DNA of 64,000 nt from the human T2T-CHM13v2.0 reference genome, Homo sapiens: assembly GCF_009914755.1 (NCBI RefSeq), contig NC_060934.1. One strand, given 5' to 3'. This document shows positions 1-13,661 of this stretch, piece after piece. Numbering within the stretch: position 1 is the first letter of the stretch; each line of letters begins with the position of its first letter. A program made the position numbers and the translations under genes. The notes beneath the pieces are model-generated. The model ran no database searches and was not told the origin of the DNA. It saw only the letters and a program-made list of their open reading frames with translations.

Positions 1-2730
1 TGGGTTGGTTTTAGTTTGATGTTGATCATGATGGTGGTGATAATGATGGGGATGACAGTGATCGTGGTGGAGAATGTGTGTGACAGTTGCCCCTGTGTAC
101 AGTGCATGATGGTTTTCTTACCCGTCACCTTTGTGAACATTGCTGAGAGCCCACTCCTGGATGGAGAGTGGGGTCAGATTAGAAGTTTAGAGGAACATGC
201 AGGCGGTAGGCGTAACTCCCTCTGCCCGTGTTGTGTGCTAATCTTTGCCTGTTCTGGGTCTTCCCTGCTGGTCTCCCTAAGAAGGTGATTTCATTTGTGC
301 AGACTTGCTCCCCTGAGTTCTGTCATTTAAGTGATTTCTCCGCCCCTACACTCCGCCTCACACTCACTGTTTTTAATCCTGCACTGACACGTTTCTGAGC
401 AGCTGACCTGCTGCTGGCAGAAGGAATGAATCAGTCACCTCGGGCTGGTGACAGTTGGCACTTGGCTGGCCAGGAGGGCTGCCAGGAAACAACTGTGACT
501 GAGGCCCCGCCTCCAGCCCAAGGGGAAGTCACCTTCAGAACTTGACCGTCTCACTCCCTGATCCATGCAGACTGCCCGTAAACGCGGTAGAGCTTAGGTG
601 AACAGACCTGCTTCATCGTCCAGCTACCTTATGTCACTAGACTTTTAAAAAACAATTATCTTGATTCATTTCCACTGTTCTAAAGGAGAATGTGAATTGA
701 GCCTGAAGAATGTTTTAGAGAATGAGCCTTCCTAGGGATCTGCAGGGACCTCCAGCTTTCTTCTGGTGTGAACTACCCCCCTTTCTGGCAAACAGTAGCA
801 GGACAAAAACCCCAACCCAGAACGTTAATGAGATGTGGCCTCTGCAGACAGAGCGATTTTCAGCTGACCCAGGACCCATCTTCTCCTAAATTAACAGCCC
901 TCCCAATTTACACTTTAATTGAAAACCACGGGGAGGTCCAATTAGGGCTGTTTAGATTGGAGTCACTCTCAGGCTGGGAGTGCCAGTGCAAAGGTTGCCA
1001 GCCGATCCTTCAGTGCTTCGAGCTGGGACTGCCCTCGGATCTCCAGTTTCTTTTGCAGTCATCGGAGTTTTGATAAACTTTTATTAGAGTCATTCAGGGA
1101 AAGTGGAGTTTGGTGTCAGGCCAGCAGGAAATCACTGGGAAAGAGGACCAGAAGCCTGCCTCTGCCAGGCTCACTGGTGTGTGGCCAGGATCTTTGAAGC
1201 CGGCGAACCTTGGGCTCATGTCCGGGGGTCCAGTTCCTTGAACTTCTGGGAGGAGTGGGCATTTTCAAGTCACAGTGAAAACTGAGGGAGAAGAACAGTG
1301 ATAGTTTTGTCAAGGGGATCACAGGTGACTTCCTGAATCAGAATGGCCTTAGGCAACATGACTAGTGCTTGTTTTCCTTGAACCTGAATTTTCTCCAGGG
1401 CACAATGGTGGGTGGAATTCAGGTCAGAGGTGAGTGATGTGGCCAGTGAGGGCAGCCACACAGATCGGCCGCCGGGACTGCAGGGCGCTGCCCACCGGCG
1501 CTCATTTTATCACCAGCAGCCCAGGCTTAACCTGATCCTTGCTTGTCTGTCAAGTGACTGTTAGCGGCCCCAGGAGTGGAAGGGACATGGAGGAGATACT
1601 CATCTTCAGAGAGAACCACTGGGTTTTTTCACACCTCTGTCCACATGCGCCTCCTGTCTCTTGAGCTCACCACTTGGCCTTGGCCAGTTTTTGGTTTATG
1701 CCAACATGTTTCCTCTTCACAAGAGACAAAAATCCTGAATATTTAATCCAAATTATTCTGATCCCTGAACCCAGAGGTGTGGGACATTTTATGTGGACAG
1801 TGAATTCATGAAGACTCCAGACATCTGGTTCTGTTGTTTGAGATAGAATGTATGCTAATCCTCTTTGTTTTTAGTTATTCTGCTTAAGCAAATGTCAACC
1901 CCAAATGCACTTTTTTCTCCTGTGAGAAAAGCATTTAAAACACAGCATAATCAGGAACATTTAATTTCCATTTTTAAAGCGTGTGGTAATAAATTTAATG
2001 TGTCACTAGTGCATTAGTTTATGTATTAAGATATTTGCGCAGGCCGGCGTTTCTGAGAAAGGTGTTTGAAACACAGGATTTCTAATATTAAGTGTTAAGT
2101 GTTCCATCCTCATGTCTCAACCTTTGACCTCTGTAGATAATGACCTCACCACATCCTGCAATCCTTCAAAGAGCATCTTTCTGTAAGATTTATTTTGTGG
2201 ACATTCATTCTCCAGGGAGGCTTTTGGACTCAAACTCCTGAGATTTGAGAAACTCTTAGCTGCATCCTGGTGTCCCAGGGAAGACCAGCTCCCTGTGAGC
2301 CACGGTGCCAGTTCCTCAGGCTCTTCTGTCAGGGTCTGGGCTTTGGTTTGCTCTCCCGGAGGCCAGGGCTGGGGGTTAGGGTGAGGAAGTGCCTGGCCCT
2401 TTGCCCATCTGTCTGCTTACCTATTCTGCAGGTCTGGAGCTGCTGTTAGCTCAGGGTGCTTTTGTGTGAATTAGAAAAAGGGGCCTCATCAACCAGGTGA
2501 GTAGGGAGATGCAGCCAGCGCCAGGACCTGTGGCTCTGTGAGCGAGTAGAGGCAGGGTTTAGCTCCCACTTGCCTTTTGTGGTCACTTGTCTAGTGAAAT
2601 GCACATTCTGGGCAGTGGTACATGTGCTCCTGTCTGGGTGCCATCCCCGATACCTCTTTGGGGACCGCTTTCTATTGGTGGTTCTTCCTTCTTCAAACTC
2701 TCCCTCCCATGATCTGGAATTTCATATCTT

Positions 2731-2786
2731 AAAAAGAAAGGAAAAAGAAAAAAAATATTTTTAAAAAAAAAAGGAAAGAAAAGAAA
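2731..2786 (+). repeat. A-rich low-complexity tract
   Basis: aaaaagaaaggaaaaagaaaaaaaa...aaaaaaaaaaggaaagaaaagaaa. Confidence 0.8.
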
Positions 2787-4202
2787 CACCAAGAAGCAGT
2801 CCTACCCTGAGTAATACATCTGTCTCTGTCTATGTGGCCTCTCCCTCTGGTCTTCGTCTCCCATTCATCTTCACCCTTCTGCCTCCCAGCATCGGCCCTC
2901 TCCCTGAGCGCCCCCGCCCCCTCTGCCCCCCTCTCCCACCAGGAGCCCTGTGGCTGCATGGGCACCATCTGTCCCAGTTTTCCATTTCCCCTGTTATCTC
3001 TGAGGTCTCTGTCCCCTTGTGAGCTCTCAAAGTGGGCCTTTCTCCTGCCTCTTCGGGGCTCTTCTTTCCTTCCCCACTCTGGGTGCTTGCCCTTCAGGCA
3101 GCTCTGCCTGGAGCGAGCGGGTCTTCCTATTCCAAGGAACGGTGCCCCCGGGACTTGCTAGTGGTTGTGCCTGCAAGGGGCACCGTCTCTGTAAGCTGCG
3201 CCTCCTCCTACCCCAACTCCCCGTGGTTCTGCTGACTTGACCTTCACGCTGGTCCCTCTCCCACCCTCCATAGTGGCATTCACGTCCTGCCAGCCAGCTA
3301 GGATCATGCGGTGGCCTCCCTGCTGCGATTCCATCCCCACTGTGCTCTGTTCTCCTGCCTACCCATTCCCTGTAGCCACAGGGTGTCAGGTCAGAGCCTG
3401 ACTCTTGTTCCTGAGCCCCCCTCTGGGTGCCCCCCATCCTTCAGATAGACCACAGTCCCTGCCACCCCAGCCTCCGCACTGTCTTACCACAGCGTCTGGG
3501 GGCTCCACCTCCCCTGGGTGAGGACAGGCCTGCAGTTCCCTCACTTCCTGCAGGTCTCAGCCCCGAAGTCCCTTCCTCTGTGACCCTTGAGACTGTGGTC
3601 CCAGGATGCCTTGCAGTGTGCTCAGGACTTCTCCCGTGAGAACTTCACAGTTGCATATTTCTCTAAGAGACCATGGAGTTAGTGTTTGACCGTTGGCAAT
3701 GGAAGCTAAACACCTGTCAGGGGAGGTCGTGAGGGTCTGCCCTATGTCTCCAGTAGGTGCAGTGCCCAGTATTTGCCTGGCACATAGTAGGTGCTCAGTA
3801 GCTACTTTTGAATAAATTAGAGGGACTCACTAGATAGCAAGAGGAAAGGGGGTTTCACCAGCTGGCAAAGAACAAAACATCATCAGTGACTTTTGACTTC
3901 TCAGCTCCAGCTAATGGAAATCTGAGCAAAGGAGAATGCCATTTCCAGGATAGCGGATATAGGAATGGGCAGCCAGAGGACAGGGCGTGAGGTGCGGGAT
4001 TGAATCAAGCAGGGCTGCTCCCGTCAGGGACAGCCGGAGGTGCCGGCACCGCTGTCGGTTACCTCCCAGTGCTGCTCAGAAGGCAGGCTGCTGGAGAACA
4101 GGCCTGTGACTGTCTCAGTTCCTTCCACGCAGGGCAGGGCGCTGAGCTGAGGGTGATGGAGGGCAGGTTCTGCTCTGGAGGCATCTGAAGAGGGGACAGC
4201 TG

Positions 4203-5210
4203 CACACACACACACATACACACACACACACATGCACACATACACACACACAGATACAAATACCACAAACACAGACATACGCACATACACACACACACAC
4301 CACACACACACACACTAACACAGATATAAACACCACAAACACAGACACACGCGCACACACACAGATACAGACACCACAAACACACACACAGATACACTAC
4401 ACATACACACACACAGATACCATAAACACACACACAGATACACCACAAACACACAGATGCAGACACCACAAACACAGATACACCACACACCACACACACA
4501 CACACCACAGACACACAGAGATATACCACAAATACATACACACGCACACACACACAGATACAGACACCACAAATAAACACAGATATGCAGATACAGATAC
4601 CACACACACACACACACACACACACACAGATGCAGACACCATAAACACAGATACACCACAAACACATACACACCAACACATGATACACCATAAAAACAGA
4701 CATACACACACAGATACAGACACCACAAACACACACACACACACAGATACACCACACATACACACACACGCACACACAGATGCAGACACCATTAAACACA
4801 GACACACACAGATACAGACAGCCCCTTCCACTCAGATATACATATAGACACACACAGACACACACATGGGTATAGACACAGACACGCACACAGACATATA
4901 TATATACACTCACACAGATACAGATATACACATAAGCACAGATACAGACACAGACATACATACAGATACAGACACAGACATACATACAGATACAGAAAGA
5001 CACAGATACAGAAACACAGACAGACACAGATTTAGCCACACGCATACAGATACACAGACACAGATACACAGAGACACACACAGACACACACGTGTACAGA
5101 CACACATGGACACACAGACACACACACACACATGCACAGATACAGATACACAGACACACAGTGACTCACACAGACATACGCACAGCCACAGGCATGCGCG
5201 CATACCCATG
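4203..5210 (+). repeat. ~1-kb degenerate CA-rich tandem array
   Basis: (CA)n runs with recurring acacagatacaccacaa and cagatacagaca units. It produces the spurious C/V-rich and D/T/H-rich ORFs in the track. Confidence 0.97.
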
Positions 5211-6282
5211 CTAGTAGCAGAAATGAGGACAGAGGCTTTGATGTTCTGAGGGGCAGATGAGGCCCTACCAAGCTGAGTGGGGGGAAGCAAGCAGGCAGCC
5301 CCCCGTGAGGCCTCAGGGACAGAGCACCCCCATGTGCTGGCTTATAGTGCCAGCCCCTTCCCATGGGGGGAAAAGATGCCGTCGTCGTAGAAGACAGCTC
5401 AGGCCGAGCCCCCGCCTGCCCCGCCTTTGACTTGTTGGAATGTGTGGCTTGTTTCCTTGTACTGTCACCTCCTATTTGGTTGCTACTCAGTATTTATACA
5501 AACCACAGTTCTTTGTCAGCCTTGCAGGGAGGAAGATCCCGCGCACATCCCGCACACACGCCCTTACACATAGACCCCACCGGGTTTACTGCCCTCTCCC
5601 CAGGATACCCCTGGCATCTAGGTTTAGAGGCTTTGAAAGTCTTCATTTCTCTCTTGGAGAAAAGAGCCGAGAGCGGCTGGGGCTTTGTTTTCTTTTGCGG
5701 TGGCACTGTGGTACAGAGGGCCTGGGCTCCACAGGCTGCACCTGTCCTGGCTGCGGAGGGCTGTCCTGCTGGTGGCCCTGCAGACTGGTGCTCCACTGCT
5801 CGCCCAGGTTGTGTGATGCTGCTTAGCTACTTGAAACTTTGATGGGTTCTCGAAGCTACGAATTCACCTCCAGAATCCTCCCCTGCCTTTGTCTTTCCTG
5901 GGAGACTAGAAAATGACAGACTTCTCAGCCACCTCCTAGAAAAAGGTGGCCTGCTGATTTATCTTAAATGTCTACCCACTCAAAAGAGACATTGGTCCTT
6001 GGCATTCCTCAGCAGCACAGTGGGTGCACAGCAGCTGCTGATGTGCGTTCAGCTGTCTGTGAGTCACCCTAGGGCAGGGCTGGCATCCCAGCTCGTTGGA
6101 TGCATGGAGTCCCCACGACAGGCACCTTTTGCCTTGCCCCTCTCTTTCTCATATACCCACCTTTTCTCTCAAGATGTTGAATTGTGAATTAAAAGTCTCT
6201 CATTCATTGAAATTGGTTTCGTGAAAACTTCTAAAAATGCATAGGATAAAATGCGACTTAAGAGCATCCATTGTTTTTCCAG

Positions 6283-6408
6283 GTTTGTGGGTAACATTGA
6301 AATTACTTCCTGGAGATATCCATCAGATCCGAAAAGAGTTTCCGCATTTAGTGGACAGGACCACAGCTGTGGCTCGAAAAACAGGGTTTCCGGAGATAAT
6401 CATGCCTG
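6283..6408 (+). CDS. DOCK1: DOCK1 internal coding exon A (126 nt, phase 1-1)
   Basis: Acceptor ttgtttttccag|, donor CTG|gtaaga. Encodes (G)[41 protein letters not shown](G), recognised as DOCK180 just N-terminal to DHR-1. Confidence 0.96.
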
Positions 6409-7039
6409 GTAAGAACTGGCTTGTTCAGGGCTTCTCAGCATGGCATGGGGGTAGCCGGCCACGGAGGATGACGTGTGGGCAGCATCATGTATGAGCTCTG
6501 GCAAGGAAAGGGCTCAGCTCCTGGTAGGTGACCCTGTAAGCCCCAGCATGGTTATGGATCATGGGGCTGTGACCGGAGTGGTAGAATATGCTCCCTGGTC
6601 CCCTGTACCCCTGGATGGATCAGCTCTCCCCAGCTGCAAGGATTGTGTGAGGGGGGCGTGGGCACCCAGCAAATGTCTGGGTAGACATCAGGTCAAAAGA
6701 AGAAAGAGGTCAGAAAGGGAGCTGCCCATTGTGAAGCCCACTTAGGGCAAATGGCAGGGTTGGATGGTCGCTGAATGGAAATGCCTGTGCCTGCGCCCGC
6801 TCAGCTAGTGTACGTTATACTGGCATTCCTCCATGAATTCTAAGTCATGAATTCTAAACTGACCGATAACAGGATTTGCGTGTTAACATTAATCTCATAT
6901 TTACATAATACTTTTCATTTTCCAAATAACGTTCCTAATAATCTGATTTGATCATCAAGAGATCTTTGGAAGCATGTTAATTTGTATCCTTTATATCCGT
7001 GTGATACTTTTTGGTTTGCAAGTAATGCTTACGTGGCTT

Positions 7040-7331
7040 GGCAGGGCGTAGTGGCTCATGCCTGTAATCCTAGCACTTTGGGAGTTCGAGGCGGGGGGAT
7101 CACTTGAACTCGGGTTCGAGACCACCCTGGGGAACATGGCGAAACCCCGTCTTGACAAAAAAATAAAAAAACTAGCTGGGCGTGGTGGCATATGCCTGTC
7201 ATTCTAGTTACTTTGGGGGGCTGAGGTGGAGGAATCACTTGAACCTGGGAGGCAGAGGTTGCTGTGAGCACAGATCACGCCACTGCACTCTAGCCTGGGC
7301 GACAGATTGAGACCCTGTCTCAAAACAAAAC
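7040..7331 (+). mobile_element. Alu (AluJ-like), full length
   Basis: ggcagggcgtagtggctcatgcctgtaatcc...gagaccctgtctcaaaacaaaa; dimeric. Confidence 0.93.
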
Positions 7332-7981
7332 TAACTTGAACCACGTGAGGCTCTTGGAAGCCCACAAATTGGTGTTGAGTGAATTCCTATCCAGATTAAA
7401 CTGTAGCCTAAAGTCGCTCAGCTAATGAGCCGTGGAAACGGGGACAAACTCCCCCATATTCAACGCGGCCTCCTTTTATAGGCCTGTGCTGTATAGCCAG
7501 GAGAGTGGTGGCTATTCAGGGTGCATGCTGTAGGAGTTACTGCTTTGCTTACTTTAGTGCAACTTCAAGACACATTCTTTCTACTCCTTTTGTCTTTCAG
7601 GGCTGTTGTGGGTCATTGAATAGTCGGTCTGGTAAATCCATATGAAAGACATCTAAATTGGTTAGGCTAAATAATAGCTAGGCTTACCTGTACAGAAAGA
7701 AAAGCATGACGTTTAGTCAATTCTGAAGCTATTGCTTGTGTGTGTCCAGTCTATATGCAGGAAATTAATTTAGGTTTATTAATGGGAGTGGACTAATTTG
7801 TATACTTATTATTTGTATTTGCATTTGAGATACAGATTTATAAATTAGGATGAAGCAATTGGCAATATGCATTTATCTTGGCATCCTTAGGATGTCCTCA
7901 TGTTCAAAGGGAAACTCAGAAGCTTCCAGTTCATGCCAATAGTGTTTCCCTTATGATGGATAGACTTAAAAACTAAGTCTA

Positions 7982-8154
7982 GGCCCGGCGTGGTGGTGAG
8001 TGCCAGGTAGTAGCTGCTAGTAGCAGGTACTAGGGAGGCTGAGGTGGGAGGATCCCTGGAGCACAGGAGGTCAAAGCCGTAGTGAGCCATGATCACAACC
8101 ACTGCACTCCAGCTTGAGTGACAGAGAGAGAACCTGTCTCAAAAAAAAAAAAAA
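7982..8154 (+). mobile_element. Alu monomer (FRAM/FAM-like) with TSD
   Basis: Single right-arm-type monomer plus A tail. TSD aaaaactaagtcta at 7968-7981 and 8150-8163. Confidence 0.88.
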
Positions 8155-8759
8155 CTAAGTCTAAACTTGTAGATCATCTCATGATAGATTCATAGGGAAA
8201 TGATACAGTTGACCATTGTTCTGGCAGGTTCCATGTGCTGAGTCCTCGGGTATATATCTCACAGGAAGTGATTCTAGCTTGGGTGGGTCATCTGCGTTCT
8301 CTGTTGGCCGAGTAATCACTGGCCGCGCTGTGGGCACCAGAGAGAGAGAGAGTATGGGCGGTTATCAGTCTGTCTCGCTGTCTTTAGCCTGCAGAACCTG
8401 TGTATCACCCGGTTTTGTCACTGTCTGCAGGGATGCGCGTCTTCTTTGGACAGCGCAGAGCCTGTCCCATCACCCAGCGGCCTGCTCTGCTACTTTCTTA
8501 TAGCTCGTTGGACTCCTGGAATCCTTATGAAGGATCCAGGCAGGCGATGCCAAGTTTTCCTTTGAGCTGGGAAGGTAGCAGGAGTCCACTATGTCTGCTT
8601 CTAGTTCCTTCTTCCCCAGAATGTTCTGTAACCTGGGGAGGCATTTGATGAGGGTCTATGGTGAATGCCCATTTGTGGGGTTTGCTTACTGTAAATGAGG
8701 TCTTACTTCTGTGCTGGCCCTGGAGTAACGCACTTGAGGTGTACTTGGGAGTGAGGCTG

Positions 8760-9037
8760 TGGGAGTTTCGCCCTGTCACCCGGGCTGGAGTGCAGTAGCA
8801 CGATCTCAGCTCACCGCAACGTCTGCCTCCCAGTTTCAAGCAGTTCTCCTGCCTGAGCCTCCGGAGTAGCTGAGATTACAGGCACGCACTACCATGCCTG
8901 GCTAATCTTTTTATTTTAATAGAGACGGGGGTTCACTGTGTTGCCCAGGCTGGTCTCAAACTCCCGAGCTCAGGCAATTCACCCACCTGAGCCTCGCAAA
9001 GCGCTGGGATTACAGGCGTGAGCCACTGCACCCGGCC
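8760..9037 (-). mobile_element. Alu (AluS-like), tail missing
   Basis: gagtttcgccctgtcacccgggctggagtgcag...gagccactgcacccggcc. Confidence 0.92.
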
Positions 9038-9890
9038 TTGAAGTTCTTTTTTGATGATGGTGTTTGTGCCTTGATAGAATTTTTAGGCTGAGAGATCATG
9101 GAGTTTATGCCTTCCTTATCAGTGAGGCTGTTTAGTGGTGCTGGCCTTGGAGGCTAAGTGACTTGTCCAAGGTCACACAGCAAATGAGCAACAAGTCTTG
9201 GTTGGGTGGCCTTGCACCTGCCCCTCGTCCTGTGCTCCACGGTTCTTCTCGTGGTCAGTATCAGTGGGCGGCAGCCGCGCCTCCTTCCACACAGCTACTG
9301 TGGCTGTGGTGGCAACCCACTGGGATTATGATGATAATGACTTTTAAATGAAAGCTTAATTTAATAGTTGGATACATTAAAAGCCAAAATAGAGCAGTTT
9401 AAAAGAAAAAAAAAAGCCAAAACAAGAAAGCAAGGAGCAAAGAGAGTTATTTTCCTTAAGGGATCCTTGGTCTTCAGCCAGAATGGGCATTTGCTGCTCT
9501 TGACGGAACCGCTCTTTGGCTCCTTGGGAGAGCGGGTGGTCAGGGCGTGGGAGGTGGCCAGGCAGGCAGCAGAGGAGCAGTGGCTGGGAACGAGGCTTCC
9601 TCTAAATCATGTTACTAATGAAGCTTGTGAAGTTCTCCCAGTTGGGCCATTACCAGGGGCTTCCTATGTTCTCAGTAGGAAGAAGAGTCTTGAGCTCATT
9701 TCTTGCGTTTTTTTTACCCCCTACAATTAAAAGCCCATCTCACTTTAAAACAGACAGGTCTGTTTTGTTCTTCTCTCTGTGGTCCCCATTCGGGATCCTG
9801 ATAGCTGCCTGCCAGAAGGGAAGAGCCATGCAGAAAGTTTCTCCCTAGACCCGTTTTTCCTCCCTGATTCTAGGCTGGTGATCCTCATTC

Positions 9891-10010
9891 TTTTTTTCTT
9901 TATTTTTATTTTATTTTATTATTTTAAGTTTTAGGGTACATGTGCACAACGTGCAGGTTTGTTACATATGTATGCATGTGCCATGTTGGCGTGCTGCACC
10001 CATTAGCTCG
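9891..10010 (-). mobile_element. L1PA (L1PA3/4-like) 3' terminal ~120 bp with tail
   Basis: ttttaagttttagggtacatgtgcacaacgtgcaggtttgttacatatg...cccattagctcg is the antisense of the primate L1 3' end. Confidence 0.92.
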
Positions 10011-10317
<307 letters not shown>

Positions 10318-10772
10318 TAAGAAGAATGCATAGGAGGCAACCTTGCCAGTTACCTGGGAGTGCCAGTGGATACTGCGATAGTCCTTGGCTACTGAGGACT
10401 CAGACAGCCGTAGCCAGCCGTCTAACAAGGGACAATGGTGTGGGCTGCCATGGGTCATGGATGCCATCAATAGTATTGGAGCCTCTCTGGTTGTCGGCTA
10501 CCCTGAGAGGGGTAGAGTGTCCTCTGCCCAGATGATAACCAAGCAGATCATTGGAAACTTTGAGATTTTTCCTCTTTCTAGAAAACTTTATCATGATGAA
10601 AATTGCTCTTGTCATGTATTTAAATGGTGAGACTGTTTTGTAGAAAATATTTCATAATCATCTAATATGTATTTGTAATAATCTATGAGGATAGGTAGAC
10701 AGTCTTGCAAAATTCACAATTACGCTATTAATAATGGATTGTTTTTTAAATGTATGATTTCTCCCCCCTCAG

Positions 10773-10897
10773 GTGATGTTCGAAATGATATCTATGTAAC
10801 ATTAGTTCAAGGAGATTTTGATAAAGGAAGCAAAACAACAGCGAAGAACGTGGAGGTCACGGTGTCTGTGTACGATGAGGATGGGAAACGATTAGAG
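10773..10897 (+). CDS. DOCK1: DOCK1 exon B (125 nt, phase 1-0), start of the C2/DHR-1 domain
   Basis: Acceptor ctcccccctcag|, donor GAG|gtattt. Encodes (G)[41 protein letters not shown], including the basic DKGSKTTAK loop known to bind PIP3. Confidence 0.97.
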
Positions 10898-11115
10898 GTA
10901 TTTATTGTGGCGAGGGCTCATCTGTAGTGTTTCAGTTTTACTTGCCAAGTGCTCACCTTGGCTCTGCTACAGCATAGATGTCGTCAGGGTGGGGCTTTGG
11001 AGTCCCGTTTCTTGGGATTGGCGTTGGTTCTTGTTTCCTTTTCTCCAGCTTGCCATGCAGGGCCTGGGGTCCTCTGGTCCTGGCAGCTGGCCTATCTCAG
11101 GAGGTCCCTGTGGTC

Positions 11116-11310
11116 TTTTTTTTTTTTTTTTTTGAGATGGAGTCTAGCTCTGTTGCCCAGGCTGGAGTGCTGCAGGTGTGTGCCACCGTGCCTGGCTAAT
11201 TTTTATATTTTTTAGTAGAGATGGGGTTTCACCATGTTGACCTCAAATAATCCGCCCGCCTTGGCCTACCAAGGTGCTGGGATTACAGGCGTGAGCCACA
11301 GTGCCCGAGC
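11116..11310 (-). mobile_element. Alu with two internal deletions and a 16-bp TSD
   Basis: TSD aggtccctgtggtctt at 11102-11117 and 11311-11326. Both Alu ends are present within ~195 bp. Confidence 0.9.
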
Positions 11311-12257
11311 AGGTCCCTGTGGTCTTGACCACCTTTGCCCAACCTTATCGTGGAGTCTCATTTGCTGTCACAAGCCCAAGGCCTAAAGGTCTAGCAGTCA
11401 CACTAGAAGTACAGATACCATTGTTACGATTTGAGAGATGAAGAAAAATGAAGGCCCTAAGAAATCAATTAAATTGCTCAGCGTTAGAGAGCTCTAGGGG
11501 TGGAACTGAGCACCTGCTCATGACAGCCAGAGCTCTGACCTCGTGCTCTACCTACCGGCGATCATGAAGATCTGCTTCCGTGGCCACAGCAGCCTGCAGG
11601 GTCCACCTGGGAGGTACTTAGAAGCTATTGCCTCCTCTGATGACCAGAGGTCAAATCAGAGCTGCTGTCCCTGTGAGGTGCCTCTTTGCACCAGTGCTGG
11701 AGGACTGGGCTTTTCTGGGCCCATGGGGTTGTGCCTAAGGCTCAGTGTCGCCAAGAGAAGCATTATGTCTTTCTCTCTGGGTGAACTCTGTCCAGCATCA
11801 CTGCCTGCCTCGTCTCCCTGGAAACATAGGTGCTGCCCTTGCCACTGGTCTTTCTGGTTGGAGTGAAGCAAACAGTGTTCATGGCTGGAGGAAGGGGAGG
11901 GGAGGGTTCCCACTTTTTAGTCTACAGTCCCTCACCCTAGACCTATGGGACGGATCAGGCAACTTCCTGCAGATCCTAATGTTAAAGTTATTAGGGTTGA
12001 GGGTCTGGGGAACTGGAGGTCAGTGTCATCCCCATGTGTCATAACCATCAAGATCTTCAATGTGTGAGAACAGGGGTTGGAGCTGGCCGCTGGCTTCAGG
12101 TGGATCTGTGCTTCCCTTGCTGGGAACGTGTTCATTTGTGGTGGGGGTGTGTTGGTGTTCTTGGAGCGTACCTGTCCCCCCACATATATAGTGGGAGATG
12201 TATATGGTGTCAAGCTCTATGAGGTCTTACGTGAGCTCTTTATGTCTTCTTTTAAAG

Positions 12258-12356
12258 CATGTGATTTTCCCGGGTGCTGGTGATGAAGCGATTTCAGAGT
12301 ACAAATCTGTGATTTACTACCAAGTAAAGCAGCCACGCTGGTTTGAGACTGTTAAG
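12258..12356 (+). CDS. DOCK1: DOCK1 exon C (99 nt, phase 0-0)
   Basis: Acceptor cttcttttaaag|, donor AAG|gtatta. Encodes [33 protein letters not shown]. Confidence 0.96.
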
Positions 12357-13024
12357 GTATTATTTACATGGTCATTTTATCACATGGCGCTGATTATGAA
12401 ATGCTCATTTGTAACCCAAGGAAACATCCTAACATCCTCCTCAGCCCGGGAGCTGCTCCAGGCAGGCAGAGTGTCTCCCAACAAAGTCATTCAAGGTTGC
12501 TAAGGAACCACACTGGTGTTTCTTAGAATACATTTACTCTCATCTCCTTTTGGACGTAAAAATAGGACGTTCATGGAGACAAATGACAGAGTCTTTTTAA
12601 GATAGCTATTGTCTTTCTCTTCCCAGTACTGTTTTATGTGTGGCATGCTGTCTTTACACCAAACAAAAAAACCGAGCTGCCAGCCTGTGGAGGTCATTGC
12701 TGGGGAGTGGGATCCTGTTCTGTAGCTCTGATATGGTGCCTTTTCATAATGCAGCGTGCTCACATCTCCACGATGGAGTAAACACCGTCTCACCGCCAAG
12801 AGCTTGAATATTTGAAAACCAGGCCAGGGGTTGGCTCTGGAATACAGATGTTTGATGTGAGAATTAGGGACAATTTTTGCTTAGAGGCAGCATGTATTAG
12901 GTCTTTTTTCTTTGAGTGTAATGTGACAACAGGAAAGCTTTTTTGGCGCAGCTGTGGGCAGGTCACCACAGCTGTGGAAGGAATATAGACCCTTCCAGGT
13001 TGGGGCTAAGAAGAAAAACGGCAA

Positions 13025-13338
<314 letters not shown>

Positions 13339-13353
13339 TAAAAGTAGAATCTT

Positions 13354-13661
<308 letters not shown>

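Noticed and set aside
1460-1510. CpG island or internal promoter
   Set aside because: Only a few CpGs over about 50 bp; no island-length stretch seen in the window.
4024-5364. Long ORFs (up to 366 aa) rich in Cys/Val or Asp/Thr/His
   Set aside because: They are translations of the CA/TG array, which lacks stop codons by composition.
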